Translations under genes and position numbers: made by a program
Origin: a bacterium
Lineage (GTDB): Bacteria > Arandabacterota > Arandabacteria > Arandabacterales > JALGWA01
DNA: 10,256 bases
NCBI GenBank assembly: GCA_050125095.1
Contig: JASFEA010000116.1
Location: forward strand, 1 to 10,256
Direction of reading: 5' to 3'
Notes under the pieces: generated by a model
The model's input: only the letters and a program-made list of their open reading frames with translations
What the model was told of the DNA's origin: nothing
Database searches by the model: none
Shown: piece after piece, positions 1 through 7,310 of the stretch
Position numbering within the stretch: the first letter of the stretch is position 1
Layout of the letters: the number at the start of each line of letters is the position of its first letter

Positions 1-1334
1 GTGAAAGCGTCCTCGAGGTCCCGCCATGAGGCCACCCTGTATTTATGAGAGGCATAGAAGTCGCGCTGCGCTTTCCAGAAGGCCTCGTCGCCGAGTTTCA
101 GGCGCAGCATGTGAAAGACGAATAGGGATTTGCCGTATCCCACACTCTGGGAAGCCGTGTCATGCCGCTCGTGAAAATCGGAGAGCGGGAAGTCTTCCTC
201 CTCCGTGACATAGTTATTGAAAGTGATCAGGGTCTGGTGCCTGTAATCCCGCGCTGCGCTTTCGCTCTGCCTTTCCTTATAGAGATAATCGGCGCCGTAG
301 GTGGTGAGGCCCTCGCACCAGTTCCCGCTGTCGTAGTCTACGAATACGCAGTTGCCCCACCAGTTGTGGAGTATCTCGTGACCGTAAGAGGTATGCACTA
401 TGAAGGGCAGCCTTATCACCCGGTTTCCGAGAAGGGTGAAGGACGGCATGCCGTATCCGGTTTGCCAGAAGTTCTCGACCATGGCGAACTTGGGGTGCGG
501 GTATTTGCCTATGAGGTCTTCGTACATCATGATGTATCGCCTTGTCGCGTCGAGATAAACCTGCGAAAGGCTGTCGCTCGTCTCATATGTGTATGTCATT
601 ATGCGGGTGCCGTTATGCGTTTCCTGGTGCCTGTAGTACCTGCCTGCGACGAGGTAGAACTCGGGCGTGGGGTTTCTCTCCGCCCACACCTCCACGAGCC
701 GCCTCTCGCCTCGGATGTCCGTGAGGCGCTCCCGCTCTAGCGCGCCCTGGCTTACGCTCATATAGTCCGGCGGCAGGTCGACCGTAAGCCTGAAGGTGAA
801 GCTGTGGTCGAAATTGAAGGGGTACCAGAGCGATGAGTTGCTCAAATAGGTGCCCCGCTCGTCGATGAGACCGGTGGTCGTGGCGAAGCCTCTGGAGTAA
901 TTCCGGTCGGGCGGCAGGAGACTGTCGTACAGCACCCCGGAGTACGATATCTCCACGGGTATGGTCCCGGCTCCCGCGGGCAGGTCCACAATCTCGATGA
1001 ACACGCCCTTGCCCCTCGCGATGAACTCCTCGTCCTCTTCGTCTGCATCCTCTTTGAATTCGGCGGCGTCTATCTCCTCCTGGGAATACCACCTGATCCC
1101 GTAGGGCGACTCGATCCCCTCTATCTCGAGGCTCCTGTTCAGGAGGAAGGCTATCCTGCCGTCTTCGAGACTGGCCTCAGGCACATATACCGTATCGACG
1201 GCCAGGAGGCTGTTGTCCGGCGGGTAGATCGAGACTCTCATCGAGTGGTGCAGCAGGTCTCCGGCTTCAATCGTCCCCGCTGAAAAAACCAGCGCCGCGG
1301 CGAACGCGACGGCCGGCTTCATGCTTGCTTTCAT
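1..1334 (-). CDS. M1-family (gluzincin) zinc metallopeptidase with N-terminal signal peptide; 3' end truncated by the window edge
   Basis: Not in the ORF track because there is no stop in the window. Manual translation from ATG 1334 gives 444 open codons: MKASMKPAVAFAAALVFSAGTIEAGDLLHH...FWQTGYGMPSFTLLG...YGHEILHNWWGNCVFVDYDSGNWCEGLTTY...VGYGKSLFVFHMLRLKLGDEAF...SWRDLEDAF. HExxH is at 380-366, the third Zn ligand Glu at 314-312, and a Y-x-K-x5-HMLR motif typical of M1 peptidases follows. The start overlaps the upstream stop (ATGA 1334-1331); an alternative start is ATG 1322. Confidence 0.9.
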   Translation of the reverse strand, partial: MKASMKPAVAFAAALVFSAGTIEAGDLLHHSMRVSIYPPDNSLLAVDTVYVPEASLEDGRIAFLLNRSLEIEGIESPYGIRWYSQEEIDAAEFKEDADEEDEEFIARGKGVFIEIVDLPAGAGTIPVEISYSGVLYDSLLPPDRNYSRGFATTTGLIDERGTYLSNSSLWYPFNFDHSFTFRLTVDLPPDYMSVSQGALERERLTDIRGERRLVEVWAERNPTPEFYLVAGRYYRHQETHNGTRIMTYTYETSDSLSQVYLDATRRYIMMYEDLIGKYPHPKFAMVENFWQTGYGMPSFTLLGNRVIRLPFIVHTSYGHEILHNWWGNCVFVDYDSGNWCEGLTTYGADYLYKERQSESAARDYRHQTLITFNNYVTEEEDFPLSDFHERHDTASQSVGYGKSLFVFHMLRLKLGDEAFWKAQRDFYASHKYRVASWRDLEDAF

Positions 1335-2101
1335 TTTCTCATCCTCTCGGCGTTCTTCCCGGCGATTGCCTTCATAAGCTTTTTGACGTTCTTCTTTGCG
1401 TAGCGGTAGTTGCGAGGAGTGTCTATGTCTATCCAGAACGCGCCTCTGCCTATAGGCACGACGTCCAGGTTGCCGTCTTTTATGAGCTTCTTCACTCCCG
1501 CAGAGAGGGAGTAGGTCCGGCGCTTGAAAGCGTAGTCGAGCGCCGCGAATATTCTGTCGTCGAACCGGAAGAGGCCGCAGTCGACCGCGTTGTACTTCCA
1601 GAGCTTCTTGCCGATGGCGTCGGGCCTGCCGCCCGCGAGCCTGACCTTGGTGGCGTCCTGGAGGTCGTAGACATTCTCAAGATTGGTGTCGATGGCCAGG
1701 ATGCACCCGGGGCTTTTGGATTGCCGTACTCTCTCGATGGCAGCCGGGGGGAGGAGGTGATCGGACATGACGGTGAGGAAGCTCGGCTCTCCGCGCACAG
1801 CCCTGCGCGCGCTGTAAAGCGACAGCCCGTTCGGCTTTCGCCACTCCGTATTCTTCACATATGAGATGTTGAGCCCGTAGCGCCGCCCGCCGCCCAGGGC
1901 GTCCTTTATCATGCCGGCCTTGAACCCGGTGACCATCGTCACGCTGGTTATGCCAGCCAGTTTAAGGGAGGTCAGGATCCACTCGATTATGGGCTTGCCC
2001 TCCAGGTCCATGAGGCATTTGGGACTCTGGTCGGCGATCTTGCGCACCCGTGTCCCCGCGCCCGCGGCCAATACGACAGCCCGTCTGCACTCTTTGCTCA
2101 T
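1331..2101 (-). CDS. NTP transferase, CTP:inositol-1-phosphate cytidylyltransferase (IPCT)-like / LicC-related, 256 aa
   Basis: Carries the AVVLAAGAGTR...PKCL nucleotidyltransferase signature, plus NGLSL, MSDH, DATKV, IGKKL..YNAVDCGLF and WIDIDT, which match my recollection of IPCT domains. ATGA overlaps at both ends (2101-2098 and 1334-1331). The family is secure; the substrate is inferred. Confidence 0.88.
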   Translation of the reverse strand: MSKECRRAVVLAAGAGTRVRKIADQSPKCLMDLEGKPIIEWILTSLKLAGITSVTMVTGFKAGMIKDALGGGRRYGLNISYVKNTEWRKPNGLSLYSARRAVRGEPSFLTVMSDHLLPPAAIERVRQSKSPGCILAIDTNLENVYDLQDATKVRLAGGRPDAIGKKLWKYNAVDCGLFRFDDRIFAALDYAFKRRTYSLSAGVKKLIKDGNLDVVPIGRGAFWIDIDTPRNYRYAKKNVKKLMKAIAGKNAERMRK

Positions 2102-3213
2102 TTCTCTCCGTTCGCCCCGGTGCTCTTGGTCCGGTCCTCTATTATATTAACAATTCTCTGAGCCGCATGTCCGTCCAACTTGTAGAAAAGGAGGTTTTTC
2201 ATCTCCTCTATCCGGGCCCTCATGGCGGCGTCCGGGTCGAGAGCCCGCTCCACCGCCTCGCCGATCCGCCCGGCCTCGCTGATATGCACGAACGCGCCTT
2301 CAAGGAACCTCCGATTGTCCTCGTCCAGAATCGGCATGCCGTCGTGATGGCTGAGGCTGTCGCATTCGAGGTCGAATATGATCCCGACCTTGCCCAGCGC
2401 CAGGAACTCGAAGATGGTGCTCGAGGCCTCGCTGAGCATGGTGTCGGCGACGTATATGAAGGGAATGATGTTGTGCCTGTCGGGCGGTATGAGCCTGGCA
2501 TGCGGATATCGCTTGACGGCCTCCTCGTAGAGCTTGTGGTGCCGGTGCGGCGCGTACTTCCCCCGCCAGGAGTACTGGTGGAGTTTAATGACGAGATTAT
2601 GACCGGTTGTCTGCTTGAGGATCTCTTCCCTCACCTTGTCTATGCATGTGGGTTTGTAGGTCGGCGCGAAGAGGACGGTTTTCTTCTCCGGATCCAGCCC
2701 CCACTCGCGCATGATCGCGTCGCGGTCGAGCCGGCCCTGGAACACCGGGTCGAGCTTGGGATAACCAACCACATGCACCTCTGACGAGCCGCGCACGCCG
2801 AAGTCGTCGATGCGCTTCCTGCGGTATTCCCCCTCCACGAAGATAAGGTACCTTGTCTCCCTGGCCTTGGCCAGCAGCCTGTACAGGATTGTCTTTATGC
2901 CGGTGCCGTGGTTTATGAAGCAGAGGAGGGCGTCGCCGTACTCCCGGGGAGCCCTGAGCACGTCACCCGTCACTACGACGTCGAAGCCCCGAGTCTCCCG
3001 GGTGACTTTCAGACCCTCGCTCCGCAGCCCCTCTTCGATTCTGGTTCTCAGCGAGCGCTGGAAGAACAGAAAGACCCGTTCCCTGTCGTCGGGACAGGTG
3101 AAGTATATGTCGTACCCGGGGCGGTCCTTCATGCATTCGTAGATCGGATCGAGCGATGCCCTGTGATAAAGGTGCCCTATGCGGAAGAGGACGCGGATCT
3201 TCCCGTTGCTCAA
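2098..3213 (-). CDS. CDP-glycerol glycerophosphotransferase (TagF/TagB/EpsJ) family protein, 371 aa
   Basis: Ordered motifs NHGTGIK, VGYPKLD, LFAPTY, VIKLH and ADTMLSEASSTIFEFLALGK correspond to the TagF-family HGTPLK, GYPRND, YAPTW, KxH and DxLITDYSSxxFDF motifs. TTG start with AAGGTAG upstream. Confidence 0.88.
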   Translation of the reverse strand: MSNGKIRVLFRIGHLYHRASLDPIYECMKDRPGYDIYFTCPDDRERVFLFFQRSLRTRIEEGLRSEGLKVTRETRGFDVVVTGDVLRAPREYGDALLCFINHGTGIKTILYRLLAKARETRYLIFVEGEYRRKRIDDFGVRGSSEVHVVGYPKLDPVFQGRLDRDAIMREWGLDPEKKTVLFAPTYKPTCIDKVREEILKQTTGHNLVIKLHQYSWRGKYAPHRHHKLYEEAVKRYPHARLIPPDRHNIIPFIYVADTMLSEASSTIFEFLALGKVGIIFDLECDSLSHHDGMPILDEDNRRFLEGAFVHISEAGRIGEAVERALDPDAAMRARIEEMKNLLFYKLDGHAAQRIVNIIEDRTKSTGANGEK

Positions 3214-3262
3214 TTGATACTACCTTGCTCGTATTGTTGGTTCGGGTGCTGCTGCGCCTAGG

Positions 3263-3291
3263 ATTCTTGCAGGTCGGCGGGAGCAGGTCAA
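3263..3291 (-). promoter_or_regulatory. Putative sigma70 promoter for the leftward operon
   Basis: Minus strand reads TTGACC (3291-3286), a 17-nt spacer ending in TGC, then AAGAAT (3268-3263), about 50 nt upstream of TTG 3213. A T-tract lies upstream of the -35. Confidence 0.5.
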
Positions 3292-3312
3292 CGTCAAAAA
3301 CATGACTATCGC

Positions 3313-3340
3313 TTGAACCCGAGATGTTATAGAATAATAT
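3313..3340 (+). promoter_or_regulatory. Putative sigma70 promoter for the DUF6178-like/rmuC genes
   Basis: TTGAAC (3313-3318), 16 nt, TAATAT (3335-3340), overlapping an AT-rich patch. TAGAAT at 3330-3335 is an alternative -10. Confidence 0.4.
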
Positions 3341-3413
3341 TTGATATCTGTTTATTTCTATTTCGGCTGCAGGGTCGTTGTCCTTTTGACTGAGGTTTTT
3401 GAGAGAACGCGCC

Positions 3414-5222
3414 ATGCCCCGTAAATACAAATTGAAGCCGAAGGAAGAGATCGACGGCATCGCCGCTCTCGACGATCCCGATCTCCGGGACAGGCTGAGC
3501 AGTCTGTCGCTTGGGGACCAGGCCGAGATTTTCAGGCGGAGCGACTGGTTGGAGAGGATTAAAGTGGTCAAGAACTCCGACCTGGCGGATGAGCTCGTCG
3601 CTTCGATGCCGGATGAGGAAATACTCCTCACCTTCAAGGGTGCCGGGGAGGAGAACGGGCTCGCGCTTATCGCCCACTGCACCGACGACCAGCTCAGGTT
3701 CATCCTCGACATCGATCTCTGGAGCCGGCATGCCCTGGATGAAGAGCGCGTGATCAAGTGGCTCGGCTATCTCGTATCGAGCGGCGAGAAGGCCGTAGTC
3801 GATTTCGTGCGCGCATGCGACCTCGAGCTGGTTGTAGTGTTCCTGACCAAGCTGATACGGCTAATTCCTTTCGATGACGCCGTGGAGATGGGCGAGGAGC
3901 TGACGAGCATCATGCCGGACGAGGCTTTTGTCGTCCAGTCGCTGGTGCCCGAGGAAACTCCGGCCATACGCCTGCTCCTGACGACCATCATGGCGGAGGA
4001 TCGCGACCTCTACAGTGAGATTCGCTTTTCTACCTACCGGGCGATAGCGACCGAGACGGAGGATGAAGCTTACCGCTGGAGAAACTCCAGGCTGGAGGAA
4101 AAGGGAATTCTCGAGTATGAGGAGGCCTCGAGGATTTATGAGGGGCTGTCCGAATCCGAAACCCGCGAACTGCTGGACGGCAAAGACCGTCCCTATTATC
4201 GCAGGGCCGGCGACATTCAGGTCCCCGCGTTCTACCCGCTCGGGCTCTCCAGCAGCCGTGTCAGGTATCTGGAACTGCTTTGCGGGCTTGAGGAAGGGGA
4301 AGTCATGGAGAGGATCGCCGGTGACGTGAGCTATGTGACCAACAGGCTGCTCATAGCCGGCGGCCATGAAATCGGAGATGTCGAGGCGACGCGGGACGCA
4401 CTCGACCGCCTGTTTTCTTTCGCCAATGTCGGCCTTCTGCACCTCGCCGAGAGGACGGGCCGGCAGCCCGCGGAGCTTCTTGAGGCTGTCTGCGTATCTA
4501 ATCTCTTCAGGTTGGGGCTCGGCCTCGCTCTTGACCTCGGGGCCGAAGCCGATGAGATCGGCAGGCATTGTCCCGTGGTGGAAGGACTCGGTGAATACGC
4601 GCTGCTTGAGGATTACCATGTGGGAGTGCTGGAAGGCCTCAGGAGAAAAGTGCCGCAGTTCTATGAACCCGGGGCCACCGCGGATGACGACTACCGCGAT
4701 TTCAGAACGCCCGAGGAAATAGCGACTGCGCGGGCCGTGCTGGCGCAGATTTCTGTGCTGGCAGAGGTGTGTTTTGAAAAGCTCGGCATGCTCTCTATTC
4801 TGCCCGTCGGCTTGTCCGTGCCGGTCGCCAGTCGATCCGGCGGGGCCGATACCGCCTCCCCCGGGCCGGCGATAGTCACCCGCCGGAGACCGGATTTCGG
4901 GAACGCGCTCATGACGGTCTTTGCCCGCTCAATGCTCGGCGAGGAGTTAAGCGTGACGCCGCTAAAGAAACGCGAGATCAGCAAGTTCCTTTGCGCGGCC
5001 TTCACTGAAACCGGGAAGGGCGGGCGGACGATCGACCCGGCCGGAGCCGAGAAGTTCCTGTCATGGCTGGAGACCAGGACTGGCTTCAGGGGGCATAAGT
5101 GGGCTATACTCGAGGCGTACGTGATGGAGCGCCTCGAGCTCGTTGAGGAAGAACTGGCGGGCGCGTCGTCGGCGAAGGATGTTGACTCCCTGCTGGTAGA
5201 GAGCATGTTGCTTGCTTACTAG
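3414..5222 (+). CDS. Large uncharacterised cytoplasmic protein, probably DUF6178 family (about 602 aa)
   Basis: Long ORF with natural acidic, helical composition. Motifs DQLRFILDIDLW, DLELVV and EDEAYRWRNSRLEEKG..YEEA..IY resemble DUF6178 proteins as I recall them. Start taken as ATG 3414 (GAGAG upstream); the in-frame TTG 3399 (GAGG upstream) is an alternative. The CDS is secure; the family call is moderate. Confidence 0.7.
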   Translation: MPRKYKLKPKEEIDGIAALDDPDLRDRLSSLSLGDQAEIFRRSDWLERIKVVKNSDLADELVASMPDEEILLTFKGAGEENGLALIAHCTDDQLRFILDIDLWSRHALDEERVIKWLGYLVSSGEKAVVDFVRACDLELVVVFLTKLIRLIPFDDAVEMGEELTSIMPDEAFVVQSLVPEETPAIRLLLTTIMAEDRDLYSEIRFSTYRAIATETEDEAYRWRNSRLEEKGILEYEEASRIYEGLSESETRELLDGKDRPYYRRAGDIQVPAFYPLGLSSSRVRYLELLCGLEEGEVMERIAGDVSYVTNRLLIAGGHEIGDVEATRDALDRLFSFANVGLLHLAERTGRQPAELLEAVCVSNLFRLGLGLALDLGAEADEIGRHCPVVEGLGEYALLEDYHVGVLEGLRRKVPQFYEPGATADDDYRDFRTPEEIATARAVLAQISVLAEVCFEKLGMLSILPVGLSVPVASRSGGADTASPGPAIVTRRRPDFGNALMTVFARSMLGEELSVTPLKKREISKFLCAAFTETGKGGRTIDPAGAEKFLSWLETRTGFRGHKWAILEAYVMERLELVEEELAGASSAKDVDSLLVESMLLAY

Positions 5223-5246
5223 ACCCGGACGAGGAGGCGAACCGGC

Positions 5247-6389
5247 ATGGAAGGCTTCTATCCTACGATAATCCTCGCAGTTGCAATCGTCTTCCTTGTC
5301 ATTCTGCTTCTGAGAAGGAGAGATGCGGGGCCGTCCAGGGAATCCCTGGCGGCGATGCTCGAATCATTGAAAGATATTTCTGCGGTTCAGTCACAGGTGA
5401 CTTCGCTCACCAATAACCAGACCGTGGTAATGCAGAATCTGGGAAAGCTCGAGATTTCCCTGAAAGGCCTCGAGACCAAGCTGTCTGAAACGTCGGGCAG
5501 CGTGAAGGATGCCATTTCAAAGGACGTCAATGACACCAGGCGCGTCCTTACAGAGCTGAAGGCCAGGTTCGAAGACCAGAGCAAGCGGGAGGACGAGATA
5601 CACGCCGTGACTCGCAAGATAGAGCGGGTGGTGGTGGGCGCGCGGACAAGGGGCGAGTCAGGCGAGAATATACTCGCTGAGGCCTTTGCCCAGTTCCCGG
5701 CGGAGATGATCGACCGGGACTTCAGGGTGGCCGGGGGGAAGGTCGTCGAATACGCCGTGATTCTTCCCAACGGCAAGCGGCTGCCGGTGGACTCCAAATG
5801 GAGCGGAGTCGAGGCCCTGGAGAGAATCGAACGGGAAACCGACCCCGAGAAGGTCAAGAAAATCGAAGCCGAGATCGAGAAGGAAGTCCGGCGCAAGGCG
5901 AAGGAAGTCGCAGGCTATATCGATCCCTCCTGCACCACCAACATCGCGATTGCCGCCGTTCCGGATTCCATTTATGGAATCTGCGGCAAGGTGCATATAG
6001 AGGCCTTCCGGTCCGGCGTACTTCTGATGGCGTACAGCATGGTCGTGCCCTATGTGCTGGCGCTTTATCACATGTATCTCCAGTTCGCGCGGTCTATCGA
6101 CTTCGAGAACATAGAGGCTTACATCACCAAGATCGAAAGAAGCCTCGACGAAGTCGACAAGATCCTTGAGAACAGGGTGGCGAGAGCCGGCACTCTGGCG
6201 GCAAACGCCTACACCGAGTGCAAGCAGGTGATCGGTTCCATCCGCGCGGCGACGGCGTTCCTGAGGGAATTGCCGTCCTCCGACGAGGCCCAGCCGGAAC
6301 AGCTCAGGATTCTGGAGGGAGGGGCCCTCCCTGCCGGAGAATCGGACGGAGCCGAAAGCGATACCGGGAATGCGGCCGGGGGCGCTTAG
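5247..6389 (+). CDS. rmuC: DNA recombination protein RmuC family, 380 aa
   Basis: N-terminal TM helix, a coiled-coil, then RGESGENIL, VEYAVILP...LPVDSKW (PD-(D/E)xK-type), YIDPSCTTNIAIAAVPD and a C-terminal coiled-coil. Strong SD GAGGAGG at 5231-5237. Confidence 0.88.
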   Translation: MEGFYPTIILAVAIVFLVILLLRRRDAGPSRESLAAMLESLKDISAVQSQVTSLTNNQTVVMQNLGKLEISLKGLETKLSETSGSVKDAISKDVNDTRRVLTELKARFEDQSKREDEIHAVTRKIERVVVGARTRGESGENILAEAFAQFPAEMIDRDFRVAGGKVVEYAVILPNGKRLPVDSKWSGVEALERIERETDPEKVKKIEAEIEKEVRRKAKEVAGYIDPSCTTNIAIAAVPDSIYGICGKVHIEAFRSGVLLMAYSMVVPYVLALYHMYLQFARSIDFENIEAYITKIERSLDEVDKILENRVARAGTLAANAYTECKQVIGSIRAATAFLRELPSSDEAQPEQLRILEGGALPAGESDGAESDTGNAAGGA

Positions 6390-6462
6390 CGCGCGTGGCC
6401 GCCGCCTCGCCCGCGGGCCGGTGCAGCCTCCAGGCCGGCGGCGGGCATTCCCCACAAAAAAC

Positions 6463-6490
6463 TTGAGTATCTGCGGCCTTTTTCTATAAT
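6463..6490 (+). promoter_or_regulatory. Sigma70 promoter
   Basis: TTGAGT (6463-6468), 16 nt, perfect TATAAT (6485-6490), preceded by an A-tract at 6456-6461 (UP-element-like); 28 nt before ATG 6519. Confidence 0.7.
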
Positions 6491-6518
6491 CTGGCCGGCG
6501 GTAGTCGGGGGCGCAGGA

Positions 6519-6719
6519 ATGCTGATTAAGAGCGAACAGACCATCTTGTCGATCGGGCTGATGTCCCTGGCAGTGTCCATACTGCTCAGGCGTTTTGTCG
6601 CGCCGCTGTTTGGAGAGCCCCTCTGGATCGTCTTTCTCGAGGGTGTTCTTGTGGGTATTTCCATTGTCCTCAACACTGTCTATCTCATACGGCTGAGAAG
6701 GAGAAAGCAGGGCGGTTGA
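6519..6719 (+). CDS. Small hypothetical membrane protein, two TM helices, 66 aa
   Basis: Two hydrophobic segments (TILSIGLMSLAVSILL; LWIVFLEGVLVGISIVLNTVYLI) and a basic tail RLRRRKQ. GGGGG at 6507-6511 could serve as SD, and a promoter lies directly upstream. Confidence 0.7.
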   Translation: MLIKSEQTILSIGLMSLAVSILLRRFVAPLFGEPLWIVFLEGVLVGISIVLNTVYLIRLRRRKQGG

Positions 6720-6823
6720 GTGCCGGAGGCCCCTGGCGCGCACAGCCGCTTCGCGGCCGGCCTGATCACGCCGCGAAACTGCAGACTGAATCGGGATGGG
6801 GATATCATACCCGGGGGTGGAGC

Positions 6824-7285
6824 ATGTCGACAGATCGAGGAGCGACCGCCGGGACGACAATAAGGGAGGCGCAGGTCAAAGATGGCGCCGAGATCGCCGA
6901 CCTCAGCGGTCAGCTGGGATACCCGGCCACCGTCAACGACATGAAGCGGCGCCTGGGAGAGATATGCGGGGACGATAACTGCATGCTCCTGGTCGCCGAA
7001 TCGGACGGCTGCGTGGTGGCCTGGCTGCTTATTCATATCTACAGGCTCGTGTCAAGTGATAGTCTCGCTCAGATTGCAGGCCTCGTGGTTGACGAGAAGC
7101 ACCGCAACCAGGGCATTGGCGCGCTTCTCATGGAAAGGGCCGAGGCTTGGGCGCGCGCGAAAATGTGTCGCGGCGTTATGCTTCGTTCTAGGGCGACGCG
7201 CAAGGACGCCCACAACTTCTACAAGAGACTCGGCTACGCATGCATAAAGACCCAGGACGTGTTCCTCAAAGAGTTTAAGTTTTGA
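6824..7285 (+). CDS. GNAT family N-acetyltransferase (QLGY / PhnO-like type), 153 aa
   Basis: IREA..D...IADL..QLGYP start, acetyl-CoA motif A LVVDEKHRNQGIGALLM, and AHNFYKRLGY. ATG 6824 with GGGGGTGGAG upstream is preferred over the ORF-track TTG 6716. Confidence 0.88.
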   Translation: MSTDRGATAGTTIREAQVKDGAEIADLSGQLGYPATVNDMKRRLGEICGDDNCMLLVAESDGCVVAWLLIHIYRLVSSDSLAQIAGLVVDEKHRNQGIGALLMERAEAWARAKMCRGVMLRSRATRKDAHNFYKRLGYACIKTQDVFLKEFKF

Positions 7286-7310
7286 AACCTCTCCGGTCGT
7301 CTGCTAATAT
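7282..7310 (+). promoter_or_regulatory. Sigma70 promoter (extended -10) for the transketolase genes
   Basis: TTGAAA (7282-7287, overlapping the GNAT stop codon), 17 nt, TAATAT (7305-7310), with TG at 7302-7303. Confidence 0.62.

Noticed and set aside
62..263. 14-bp direct repeat CGCGCTGCGCTTTC at 62-75 and 250-263
   Set aside because: Only two copies, inside a CDS and in different frames. One such match is compatible with chance in 10 kb of GC-rich DNA; it is not an array or target-site duplication.
162..3261. Long plus-strand ORFs (162-740, 1325-1864, 2050-2784, 2810-3142, 2908-3261)
   Set aside because: They are antisense shadows of the three minus-strand genes, which carry clear family motifs. 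Such shadows are expected from GC-rich codon bias and have no recognisable motifs.
3335..3347. IHF site on the minus strand (TATCAAATATTAT)
   Set aside because: It does not fit the TTR part of WATCAA-N4-TTR and is indistinguishable from AT-rich background.
6399..6444. 8-bp inverted repeat CCGCCGCC/GGCGGCGG after rmuC as an intrinsic terminator
   Set aside because: It has a 30-nt loop, no U-tract and an extremely GC-rich context, so it cannot be called a terminator.
6668..6721. attC-like inverted repeat CTCAAC...GTTGAGT beside a small ORF and a GNAT (integron cassette idea)
   Set aside because: It lies within the coding region, the left end does not fit RYYYAAC, the R-L spacers are wrong, and there is no second site or integrase.
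6716..6823. N-terminal extension of the GNAT from TTG 6716
   Set aside because: The extension does not look protein-like. The GNAT fold starts just after ATG 6824, which has a good SD.
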